Part shown: one piece after another, positions 8,815 to 17,819 of the stretch | Position numbering within the stretch: position 1 is the first letter of the stretch | Layout of the letters: each line of letters opens with the position of its first letter | Origin: a bacterium | GTDB taxonomy: Bacteria > Zhuqueibacterota > Zhuqueibacteria > Oceanimicrobiales > Oceanimicrobiaceae | Direction of reading: 5' to 3' | Length of the DNA: 64,000 bases | Assembly (NCBI GenBank): GCA_037446635.1 | Contig: JBBIIG010000001.1 | Span: 53,638 to 117,637 of the forward strand | Notes under the pieces: model-generated | Seen by the model: only the letters and a program-made list of their open reading frames with translations | Told to the model about the DNA's origin: nothing | Database searches by the model: none | Made by a program: the position numbers and the translations under genes

Positions 8815-10599
8815 ATGCGGTGCTTTTCGTTATGCTCTTTGTTCTATGCGCAATGCGCTTTTCTGGCCGTCGGCTGCCAACGCGAGCGGCTGGCGGAATC
8901 TGACCTTGCACGCATCAACGGACAGCCGATTTCGGAGAAAGAGTTCCTCACCAGTTATGAGTTGACGCCGCACCCGTATCTCAAAAAATCGGCTAATGTT
9001 GACGAGCGCAAAACCACCCATCTCAACTGGATGATCGATCGCAAACTGCTCGCCGCGGAGGCCGTGCGCCGCGGTTTTGATCGCGATCCCAAAGTGCAAG
9101 CGCTGCTGGAATATTACCGCAACAAAGAGGCGCTCAAGCAGCTTTATCGCGAGGTGGTGCAGAATCAGATCAACATCACCGAAAAGGAAATGCGACGCGC
9201 CTATATGCAGCTCAACGAAACGCTTCGCGCGCAGCATCTTTTCAGCAAAAATGAAGCCGAGGCTTGGCGAATGTATGAACGATTGCAAACAGGGGCGTCG
9301 TTTGAGGAGATAGCGCGCGCAACATTTAGCGATGCGAATTTGGCCGAGAGCGGCGGCGATCTCGGCGAATTCACCTGGGGCGACATGGATCCGGATTTTG
9401 AAGAAGCCGCGTTCCAGTTGCAGCCCGGCGAAATCTCACCGCCGGTGCGCACCAAGTGGGGTTATCACATCATCAAGGTGACTTCGCGCGTTCGCAATCC
9501 ACTTTTGACAGAGGCCGGGTATCAGAGCCGCAAAAGTTACATTCGCAAGCTCATCCAGCGCCGCAAGGAAGCGCAAGCCGCGCGCGCGTTTATCAGCGAC
9601 TTCATGACTCCCAAAAATGTGAAGATGAAAGGGCCGGCATTTTCACTGTTAGCGAGCTATTTGGTTGAACCCAAAAATGACGCGCCAAAGTTTATCCCCA
9701 AGCCTCTCGATGCGGAAATTCAGCAGGCGCTATTCAACATTGCCGAGCACTTGCATGATACGTTGGTGGAATTTGATGGCGGCAGCTGGACCATCGCCGA
9801 CTTTTTGAGCAAGCTTAGTCAGATGCCGCTGCCCGACCGCCCCAACACTCAAAGCCGGACGAGTTTGAAAAACGGCATCGGTATCATGGTGCGCGATGAG
9901 TTTCTTGCGAAGGAAGCACGGCGCCGGGGACTGCACACTGCGCCGAAGGTCACCGAAGAATTCGAGCGGATAAAAGAAGAATTGCTTTCGTTGAAATGCC
10001 GCGAGGAAATTGAAAAAGCGATAACGGTAAGCGAGGAGGAAATCGCAGGGTATTTTGAGCGTCACCGCGAAAAATATGACGTGCCGGCACAGGTCAACAT
10101 TCGCGAAGTGTTGGTGCGCACAAAGGAGGAGGCGGAAAAAATCAAACGCGCAATTGAACAGGGTCAGGACATCGCCGCGTTGGCGAAGCAGCATTCGATT
10201 CGCAAGTGGGCGGCGGCGCGCGGCGGCGAGTTCGGTTACTTTTCAAAAGGCATGTACGGCGCTATCGGCGAACAAGCATTTGCCGGGATGGAGGGAGAGA
10301 TCTGCGGCCCGCTGGAGATTTCTGGCCTGCCCGCGCAGGCAGGCGGGCCGCCTCATGGTGGCTACTCGGTTTTCAAGATCATCGATCGCAAACCCGCGCG
10401 CCGAGTTTCGCTGCCGGAAGTGAAAGAACAAATCCGCGCGGAACTCCTTGTACACAAAAAGGAGCGTGCGGTCGCCGCGGTGACTAGCGAGTTGCGAGCA
10501 CGCACCGAGATTGTGATCGATGAGCGCAAGTTGGCGGCGCTCACAGTTACGGATGACTGGGCGCAGCAGCCCATTAGCTTGTTTACGTTTAGCAAGTAA
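8815..10599 (+). CDS. PpiC/parvulin-type peptidyl-prolyl isomerase foldase (two parvulin domains), probable lipoprotein
   Basis: SGGDLGEFTWGDMDPDFEEAAFQLQPGEISPPVRTKWGYHIIKV and a second parvulin (RGGEFGYF...GYSVFKI). LAVGC lipobox if it starts at ATG 8815; the ORF track start is 8689. Confidence 0.85.
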   Translation: MRCFSLCSLFYAQCAFLAVGCQRERLAESDLARINGQPISEKEFLTSYELTPHPYLKKSANVDERKTTHLNWMIDRKLLAAEAVRRGFDRDPKVQALLEYYRNKEALKQLYREVVQNQINITEKEMRRAYMQLNETLRAQHLFSKNEAEAWRMYERLQTGASFEEIARATFSDANLAESGGDLGEFTWGDMDPDFEEAAFQLQPGEISPPVRTKWGYHIIKVTSRVRNPLLTEAGYQSRKSYIRKLIQRRKEAQAARAFISDFMTPKNVKMKGPAFSLLASYLVEPKNDAPKFIPKPLDAEIQQALFNIAEHLHDTLVEFDGGSWTIADFLSKLSQMPLPDRPNTQSRTSLKNGIGIMVRDEFLAKEARRRGLHTAPKVTEEFERIKEELLSLKCREEIEKAITVSEEEIAGYFERHREKYDVPAQVNIREVLVRTKEEAEKIKRAIEQGQDIAALAKQHSIRKWAAARGGEFGYFSKGMYGAIGEQAFAGMEGEICGPLEISGLPAQAGGPPHGGYSVFKIIDRKPARRVSLPEVKEQIRAELLVHKKERAVAAVTSELRARTEIVIDERKLAALTVTDDWAQQPISLFTFSK

Positions 10600-10611
10600 T
10601 GCAAAACGTTA

Positions 10612-10676
10612 GGACGCGGATTTGCACAGATGAACACAGATAAAAAATCAGTGTGAATCTGCTTTTATCCGCGTCC
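10612..10676. repeat. Short palindromic element (GGACGCGGAT...ATCCGCGTCC)
   Basis: 10-bp perfect terminal IR with internal CACAGAT repeats. Confidence 0.65.
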
Positions 10677-10685
10677 AACAAAATT

Positions 10686-11996
10686 ATGACGTCGCGATTT
10701 AAAACCAATTTCAAAATTATTCGGATCAGCTTTCTACTCTTGATGCTGCTGGCCTGTTCACTCGGCACAGGCACGGACAAATCGGGAGCGCAAACGATCA
10801 CTTACTGGTCGGCGAACAATCCGTACGAAGTTGAGCTGGCGCGAGTGCTGGTCGCGGAGTGGAATCGTCAACATCCGGAACTGCCAGTGAGGCATCAGCC
10901 GATTCCGGAGGGGCAGTCTAGTGAGGAAGTGATTCTCGCGGCGGTGGTTGGAAAAAGCACCCCAGATGTGTATTCTAACATGTGGCCGGGGGACGTGCAG
11001 TTGTATGTTAACGCTGGCGTCCTGATAGCGCTGAGCGATGACGCGGATTTTGATTCGCTGCTGCGGAGGCGCGTCAAACCCGAGATTTTGGAAGAGGCGC
11101 GAGCTCTAGACGGCAAACTCTATCAAGTGCCTTGGAAAAGCAATCCTGTGATGATGATTTACAACCGCAAGCTATTGGCGGAGAACGGCTTCTCGGCGCC
11201 GCCGCGAACCTACTCCGAATTTGCGGCGCAGGCGGAGGTCATCGCTGCGGATTTGGACGGCGATGGCTATCGCGATCGCTACATGGGACTGGCAGATATC
11301 CGCGCGCTGTGGTGGCAGCGCTATTTCGATTTTTATGCGCACTACATCGCGGCCTCGGGCGGCCAAACTTTGATTGCAAACGGCCGTCTGGCGTTCAACC
11401 ATGCGGCAGCGGTGGCGGTGTTCGATTTTTTTCGCAGCATGTTTCAGCGCGGCTATTTCCCGATGGAAAAATCACAGGCGCGCGGCGATCCATTTTTATC
11501 CGGGCGCGCGGCCACGCGCTTCACCGGGCCGTGGGAAATTGCTCACGCGGAGAAGTTGAAGCCGCCGGGCTTTGAGTACGATTTTGCGCCGCTGCCGGTG
11601 CCAGACAACTTTAGCGGCCCGGTTTATACCTATGGCGATTTCAAAAACATCGTGGTGTTTAAAAGTGAGAAGCCCATCGCGCCGGTGCTGAAGTTTGTAG
11701 AATTTCTGATTAGCCGTGAAAGCGATCTGCGCTTGCTGGAGATGACCAATCAATTGCCGCTACGTCAGGGCATTTTGGAAGATGCCCAGTTTCAGGGTTA
11801 CTTTGCCCGCAACCCAATGATGGTGCGATTTGCGCAGCAGGCTGAGTACGTGCGCGGCGTCGATGTCTATCACAACATGAAAGAAATTTTCGACGCCATC
11901 TCGCAGGAGTACGAAGCCAGCGTTATTTACGGAGCGAAATCTTCGACGCAAGCCGTGGCCGACGCGGCTCAACGGGTGGAGCTGATTTTGCGATAA
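10686..11996 (+). CDS. Sugar ABC transporter substrate-binding protein (SBP_bac_1/8), probable lipoprotein
   Basis: LLLMLLAC lipobox; DGKLYQVPW...MMIYNRKLL...PPRTYSEF; adjacent permeases. Start moved to 10686 because 10653 lies inside a repeat. Confidence 0.9.
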   Translation: MTSRFKTNFKIIRISFLLLMLLACSLGTGTDKSGAQTITYWSANNPYEVELARVLVAEWNRQHPELPVRHQPIPEGQSSEEVILAAVVGKSTPDVYSNMWPGDVQLYVNAGVLIALSDDADFDSLLRRRVKPEILEEARALDGKLYQVPWKSNPVMMIYNRKLLAENGFSAPPRTYSEFAAQAEVIAADLDGDGYRDRYMGLADIRALWWQRYFDFYAHYIAASGGQTLIANGRLAFNHAAAVAVFDFFRSMFQRGYFPMEKSQARGDPFLSGRAATRFTGPWEIAHAEKLKPPGFEYDFAPLPVPDNFSGPVYTYGDFKNIVVFKSEKPIAPVLKFVEFLISRESDLRLLEMTNQLPLRQGILEDAQFQGYFARNPMMVRFAQQAEYVRGVDVYHNMKEIFDAISQEYEASVIYGAKSSTQAVADAAQRVELILR

Positions 11997-12023
11997 ACAG
12001 GGTAGAGGACCAACACGATCAAA

Positions 12024-12926
12024 ATGCAAACGCCACGTCTCACCTCTCGCGTCTCGCGGTTCACACCGAAAGGCGACCGTGCCGGCTACTGGCTGGTGAT
12101 GCCCTATGTGGCACATTTCAGTCTGTTCGTGGCATTCCCCGTCATCTTTTGTTTCGTGCTCATCTTTCACAAGTGGGATATCGTTTCCCCCATGCAGTGG
12201 GTAGGGCTTAGCAATTTCTATCGCTTGTTTCACGACCGTCTGTTTTTCAAAGCCCTCGCCAACACCGGGATATTTTTGGCGGTGCATATTCCACTGCAAC
12301 TGCTCATCGCGCTGGCGCTGGCGGAATTGCTGAACCAGCGCATCAAATTTCGCGGATTTTTTCGCGCGTCGTTTTTTATGCCGGTGGTGGTCTCCGGCGT
12401 CGTCATCACCATTCTCTGGGATCAGCTTTATGCGCAGGACACCGGTGTGCTCAACCTGCTGCTCGCCACCATCGGGCTGCCGAAAGTGCCGTGGCTCACC
12501 AGCCCCAAATTGGCCATGCCCAGCATCGCCATCATGGCGACGTGGAAAAATGTGGGATTGTACATCGTGCTGTTTTTAGTGGGACTGCAAGGCGTGCCGC
12601 GCCATCTCTACGAGGCCGCGGAGTTGGAGGGGGCATCGCACTGGTACAAATTCCGCCGCATCACTTTACCGATGATCAACCCGACGATTTTTCTGGTGGT
12701 GATTCTCTCCACCATCAACGGCTTCGCTTTGTTCATCGAGCCCTACATTATGACCGGCGGCGGGCCGATGAATTCCACGCTCTCGGCGGTGCTCTACATT
12801 TACAACCAGGGCTTCACGTTTTATCAGATGGGATACGCAGCGACGCTGGCCTTCTTGTTTGCGGCGGTGGTGTTTGTGGTGGTATTAGTTCAGCGCAAGG
12901 TGATTGAGCAAGAGGCGCTAATGTGA
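12024..12926 (+). CDS. Carbohydrate ABC transporter permease (MalF/UgpA-like)
   Basis: WVGLSNF; EAA loop LYEAAELEGAS; MGYAATLA. Confidence 0.93.
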   Translation: MQTPRLTSRVSRFTPKGDRAGYWLVMPYVAHFSLFVAFPVIFCFVLIFHKWDIVSPMQWVGLSNFYRLFHDRLFFKALANTGIFLAVHIPLQLLIALALAELLNQRIKFRGFFRASFFMPVVVSGVVITILWDQLYAQDTGVLNLLLATIGLPKVPWLTSPKLAMPSIAIMATWKNVGLYIVLFLVGLQGVPRHLYEAAELEGASHWYKFRRITLPMINPTIFLVVILSTINGFALFIEPYIMTGGGPMNSTLSAVLYIYNQGFTFYQMGYAATLAFLFAAVVFVVVLVQRKVIEQEALM

Positions 12927-12999
12927 AACATAGAAGGTGTGGCGACGCTCACGTCTGGCGTTTCACGTCTCACGTTTTGATATTATTGATTAATTCGTG

Positions 13000-13812
13000 A
13001 TGAAAATGAAAAAGCTCATCCTGTATCTGCTGCTGATAATTTGGACGATCCTTTTCATCTATCCCTTTTTGTGGATGTTGAGCGCCACCGTTCGACCGGA
13101 ATCCGAAGTTGGCGGATTCGGTCTCCTGCCCTCGAAATTGACGCTCGATAGTTATCAACTGGTGTTCGAAAAAATTCCCATATTGCGAGCCTTTGTCAAC
13201 AGTCTTTTGGTGGCGCTCGCTGTTACGGCCGGCGTGCTGGTGTTTTGCTCGATGGTGGGCTACGCGCTCAGCCGCCTGCGTTTTCGCGGCCGCGATGCCA
13301 TTTTTTATCTGGTGCTGTTCACGATGATGATCCCGTTTCAAATTATTTTGATCCCGTTGTACATCCTCATGGTGAAGTTTGGCTGGGTGAATACTTATTG
13401 GGCGCTGATTGTGCCGTGGTTGGTGAGCGCGCTCGGCATCCTACTGTTTCGGCAATATTTTCAGAGCGTACCCCAGGATGTCATCGATGCCGCGCGCATC
13501 GACGGCTGCAGCGAGCTGCAAATCATTTTCAAAGTCATCTGGCCGCTCTCAGTGCCGCCGCTGATTACCGTCGGCATCCTGACTTTTATGACCACGTGGA
13601 ACGAAGTGCTGTGGCCGCTGATTGTGATTCGCGAGCCGCGCCTCATGACCATGCCGCAGCTGGTGACCCTGTTTGCCGTCGGCGGTGGCGCAGAGTCACA
13701 GTTGGGGGCGCAGCTGGCGGCGGCCACCCTTTTGGCGCTGCCGGTGATTGTGGCATACACGTTTTTCCAGAAATATTTTATTGAAAGCATGGCGACCTCG
13801 GGGTTGAAATGA
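13000..13812 (+). CDS. Carbohydrate ABC transporter permease (MalG/UgpE-like)
   Basis: GYALSRLRFRGR; IDAARIDGCSE; FFQKYFIESMATSGLK. Confidence 0.93.
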   Translation: MKMKKLILYLLLIIWTILFIYPFLWMLSATVRPESEVGGFGLLPSKLTLDSYQLVFEKIPILRAFVNSLLVALAVTAGVLVFCSMVGYALSRLRFRGRDAIFYLVLFTMMIPFQIILIPLYILMVKFGWVNTYWALIVPWLVSALGILLFRQYFQSVPQDVIDAARIDGCSELQIIFKVIWPLSVPPLITVGILTFMTTWNEVLWPLIVIREPRLMTMPQLVTLFAVGGGAESQLGAQLAAATLLALPVIVAYTFFQKYFIESMATSGLK

Positions 13813-14134
13813 ATTGCAGAAATCTCAGTACCGTAATCCGCAAAAAATCCGAAAATCGAAATTCAAGACAAATTCAAAAAGAGCAAATTCAAAGGATTTG
13901 GGTTAAAAAAGGACTGACAGAGAAAATTATTTCTGAGAGCAATCGACCAGGGCAAAAGTAATTTTTAGGCAATATGATTAGACAATGGTTTTGCGCTTTC
14001 GAGAATCAAATGAGAACTATTTCTGTGAGGATTTCCACCCCGTGAACGAGCAGTTTTTGCAATTTGATATTCGTATTTTGAACGGGCTTTGTATTTCGTT
14101 TTTCGACATTCGAGCTTAAAGTTATGAATTCGCG

Positions 14135-15424
14135 ATGCCATCAATGAAAGTCCGCCTAGCGATCTTCGTCTGTTTTTCGTTCCTCATCTTTTTTGCGTGC
14201 GAGAATTCGCCGCCCGAAGTTGCTCTAGATCTCGTTCATTTCGCTCATCTCAATCATCTTTATGAAGAGATCGCGTTGGACGGCAAAGACATGGCCATCA
14301 TTCACATCTACTCCGAATACCCAGATTACAAATGGGTGGACGCGCAAGATGAGGGCATCGCCTGCGTTGACGATGCCGCCCGCGCGGCCGTGCTCTATCT
14401 CCGCCATTATGAAATTGCGAACGACACCACCAGTCTGCGCCGCGCGCGCCGGCTGATCGATTTCTGCCGCCACCTGCAGGCGGAAGACGGTCTGTTTTAC
14501 AATTTCCTGTTCGCGGACCACCACATTAACCGCGACGGCAAAACCAGTTTCAAAAGTTTGGGCTGGTGGTCGGCGCGCGGCATTTGGGCGTTGGGAGAAG
14601 GCTATCGTGTGTTTCGCCAACGCGATCCACGGTACGCCGAAATTTTGAAATCGCATCTGGAAAAAACATTCGCGCACATCGACACGCTGCTGCGGCATTA
14701 TCCGGAGGTAGACACCGTGGCCGAATTCCCCTCGCCGAAATGGCTATTGTACAACTCAGCAGCCGATGCGACCTCTGAGCTTTTGCTGGGGTTGGCGGCT
14801 TATGCCCAGGCCAGCGGCGACGAGCGCGTGAAGCACTATCTTAAAATCTTTGCCGAAGGCTTGAGCGCTATGCAGTTGGGCGACGCAAAAACTTTTCCCT
14901 ACGGCCTTTTTCGCTCGTGGCGAAATATCTGGCATGGCTGGGCCAATAGTCAGGCGCACGCACTGGCCATCATCGGTGAGTTGCTTGATGAAGAAAAATT
15001 AGTGAGCGCGGCAAAGTTGGAGGCATCACATTTTTATCCTGATTGGATCACAAAGGGTTTCCCTCGCGAATTTGAGTTTGCGCGTGACGACAGCATTTGG
15101 ATTCGCCGCACCGAACAATATTCGCAGATTGCGTATGCAATTCGACCCCCGATATTGGCAGCGCTGGCGCTGCACAGAATAACTCATGAAGATCGTTTCG
15201 CCGAACTGGCCGGGGAACTGGCAACCTGGTTTTTCGGTAATAATTCGGCGCGGGCGCAAATGTACGATCCGCGCACCGGCCGCGGCTTCGATGGCATTCT
15301 CTCCGCAAATGAGATCAATAATAACGCCGGCGCGGAATCGACGATTGAGGCGTTGTATGCCTTGCTGGAAGTGGAAGCCAATGCCATTGCACGGCGAACG
15401 TTGTTAAGATATCTTGAACAGTGA
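14135..15424 (+). CDS. Exported lipoprotein, predicted alpha/alpha-toroid (six-hairpin glycosidase-like) enzyme of unknown specificity
   Basis: FFAC lipobox; motifs ACVDDAARA, FYNF, WFFGNN...MYDPRTGRGFDG, NNNAGAEST shared with the C-terminal domain of the next gene. Confidence 0.65.
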   Translation: MPSMKVRLAIFVCFSFLIFFACENSPPEVALDLVHFAHLNHLYEEIALDGKDMAIIHIYSEYPDYKWVDAQDEGIACVDDAARAAVLYLRHYEIANDTTSLRRARRLIDFCRHLQAEDGLFYNFLFADHHINRDGKTSFKSLGWWSARGIWALGEGYRVFRQRDPRYAEILKSHLEKTFAHIDTLLRHYPEVDTVAEFPSPKWLLYNSAADATSELLLGLAAYAQASGDERVKHYLKIFAEGLSAMQLGDAKTFPYGLFRSWRNIWHGWANSQAHALAIIGELLDEEKLVSAAKLEASHFYPDWITKGFPREFEFARDDSIWIRRTEQYSQIAYAIRPPILAALALHRITHEDRFAELAGELATWFFGNNSARAQMYDPRTGRGFDGILSANEINNNAGAESTIEALYALLEVEANAIARRTLLRYLEQ

Positions 15425-15465
15425 AAAATAAATGTGAATGAGAAATCGTTGGACGGTTAAGCGAC

Positions 15466-17766
15466 ATGAACAATCTTAGAAAGATCGCTTTTGTCGCGGA
15501 TTATGTGCCGCGCCAGTGCGGCATCGCAACGTTTACGTATGATTTGTGTCATGCTGTAGCCGAGCAATATCATGAAAGCAAGAGTTTTGTTGTGGCGGTG
15601 AATGACACCGAGGAGGGTTACGATTACCCCGAGGAGGTGCGCTTCGAGATTGCCGAACAAGATTTAAACTCATATCACCGAGCCGCGGATTATTTGAATT
15701 TCAATAACACCGATATCGTATCGCTGCAGCATGAGTTTGGAATCTTCGGTGGCATGGCGGGTAGTCATGTTTTAGGATTACTTCGCAACCTCCACATGCC
15801 AGTGGTAACAACGCTGCATACCATCCTCGAGGAACCCACTGCGGATCAGCGGCGGGTGATGAAGGAGCTGACGTCTCTTTCCACGCGCCTGGTTTGTATG
15901 ACGGAACGCGGTAAATTATTCCTCAAAGAAATTTACAAAGTCCCCGAAGAAAAAATCGACTTGATCCCGCACGGCATTCCCGATATGCCCTTTATCGATC
16001 CCAATTTTTACAAAGATCAATTTGGCGTGGAAGGGCGGTTGGTAATTCTGACATTCGGCTTGCTCTCTCCCAACAAAGGCATCGAATACGTGTTGAAAGC
16101 ATTGCCGCAGGTTATCGCGGAATTTCCCAATGTGGTTTACATTGTTCTGGGTGCCACCCACCCCAACGTTGTGCGTCAGCAGGGGGAATCCTATCGCCTC
16201 GCTTTGGAGCGCTTGGCGCGTGATTTGGGAATTAAAAGCCATGTAATTTTCTATAACCGCTTCGTCGAGCTCGAGGAATTGAAGGAATTTATTGGCGCCG
16301 CGGATATTTACATCACCCCGTATTTGAATCGCGCACAAATTACTTCGGGAACACTTTCCTATTCTTTTGGCTGCGGCAAAGCGGTTATTTCTACTCCGTA
16401 TTGGCATGCCGAGGAATTGCTGGCCGATGGCCGCGGCGTGCTGGTACCATTCGCCGATTCCAAGGCCATCGCGCAGGAACTGATGGCGCTGCTACGGGAA
16501 GAACCCCGACGCCATGCCATGCGCAAGAAAGCCTATATGCTCGGCCGCGAGATGATTTGGAGCAACGTGGCCCACTTATACATGGAAGTCTTCCAGAAAT
16601 CGCGTGGCAAGCAACCAGCGCGATTAGCGCGACCCTATGCCGTCAAAACCCTCGATGCGCAAAAAAGACAACTCCCTGCCATCCGCTTGGAGCATCTGGT
16701 AAAAATGACCGATTCCACCGGCATGCTACAGCACGCGACCTTTTCCATCCCCCGCTTTGAAGACGGATACTGCACCGACGACAATGCGCGCGCTCTGCTG
16801 CTCACCGTTCTCTTGCAGGAGATTGGCATTGAAACCGCACAATTGCAATCGTTGGCAAAAACCTACGCGGCTTTCCTGACTCATGCTTTTAATTCGGAAC
16901 TAAAGCGTTTTCGCAACTTCTTGGCTTTTGATCGGCACTGGTTAGAAAAGGCCGGCTCCGAAGATAGCCATGGTAGAGCTTTATGGACGCTGGGCACCTG
17001 TGTCGGGCGCTCACACCACCGCGATTTGCAAATGTGGGCCACCCAGTTGTTCGATAGCGCGCTGCCGACCGTCACAACCTTCACTTCCCCGCGCGCCTGG
17101 GCATTTGCGCTCCTGGGGATCCACGAGTATCTCACGCGTTTCAGTGGCGACCGCACGGTAAGTCAAATCCGCGACACCCTCACACAGCGATTGGTTGAGC
17201 TGTATGAAAACACAGCCGAGGAAAATTGGCAGTGGTTCGAGGACATCGTCACTTATGATAATGCCAAACTCAGCCATGCACTGATCCTTAGCGGGCGCGG
17301 AATGTCCAATGACAAAGCATTCGATATTGGGCTGCAATCTTTGAAATGGCTTTTGAGCATTCAGAGCGCAGAAGACGGCCATTTTCGCCCCATCGGGTCG
17401 AATGGCTGGTATCGCCGCGGTGGCGAGCGTGCGCAATTCGATCAACAACCCACGCTGACCCACGCCACGGTGTCGGCGTGCTTGCAAGCGTTTCGAGCCA
17501 CAGAGGATTACTTTTGGTTAGAGAAAGCGCGCATCGCATTTGAGTGGTTTCTAGGCCGAAATGATCTGGGCTTGGCACTATATGATCCCAACACCGGCGC
17601 CGGTTACGACGGCTTGCACGTAGATCGCTTGAATCAAAATCAGGGCGCCGAATCGACGCTGGCTTGGCTTTTGTCGTTAACTGAAATGCACGCCATGGAG
17701 CAATCGCTCAACGTCTTCAATCCACCCCTTGCGCCCGAAGCGAGCTCTCCGTTTTTGAAAAAGTAA
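15466..17766 (+). CDS. GT4 (GT-B) glycosyltransferase fused to a C-terminal six-hairpin glycosidase-like domain
   Basis: PRQCGIATF, QHEFGIFGG, FGLLSPNKGIE, ADIYITPYLNRAQITSGTL; C-terminal YCTDDNARA...FDQQP...NQNQGAEST. Confidence 0.85.
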   Translation: MNNLRKIAFVADYVPRQCGIATFTYDLCHAVAEQYHESKSFVVAVNDTEEGYDYPEEVRFEIAEQDLNSYHRAADYLNFNNTDIVSLQHEFGIFGGMAGSHVLGLLRNLHMPVVTTLHTILEEPTADQRRVMKELTSLSTRLVCMTERGKLFLKEIYKVPEEKIDLIPHGIPDMPFIDPNFYKDQFGVEGRLVILTFGLLSPNKGIEYVLKALPQVIAEFPNVVYIVLGATHPNVVRQQGESYRLALERLARDLGIKSHVIFYNRFVELEELKEFIGAADIYITPYLNRAQITSGTLSYSFGCGKAVISTPYWHAEELLADGRGVLVPFADSKAIAQELMALLREEPRRHAMRKKAYMLGREMIWSNVAHLYMEVFQKSRGKQPARLARPYAVKTLDAQKRQLPAIRLEHLVKMTDSTGMLQHATFSIPRFEDGYCTDDNARALLLTVLLQEIGIETAQLQSLAKTYAAFLTHAFNSELKRFRNFLAFDRHWLEKAGSEDSHGRALWTLGTCVGRSHHRDLQMWATQLFDSALPTVTTFTSPRAWAFALLGIHEYLTRFSGDRTVSQIRDTLTQRLVELYENTAEENWQWFEDIVTYDNAKLSHALILSGRGMSNDKAFDIGLQSLKWLLSIQSAEDGHFRPIGSNGWYRRGGERAQFDQQPTLTHATVSACLQAFRATEDYFWLEKARIAFEWFLGRNDLGLALYDPNTGAGYDGLHVDRLNQNQGAESTLAWLLSLTEMHAMEQSLNVFNPPLAPEASSPFLKK

Positions 17767-17819
17767 CATAATTGACTTTGATCACTTTGTAACTGGGTAT
17801 AAACAAATTGAGGAGGACT

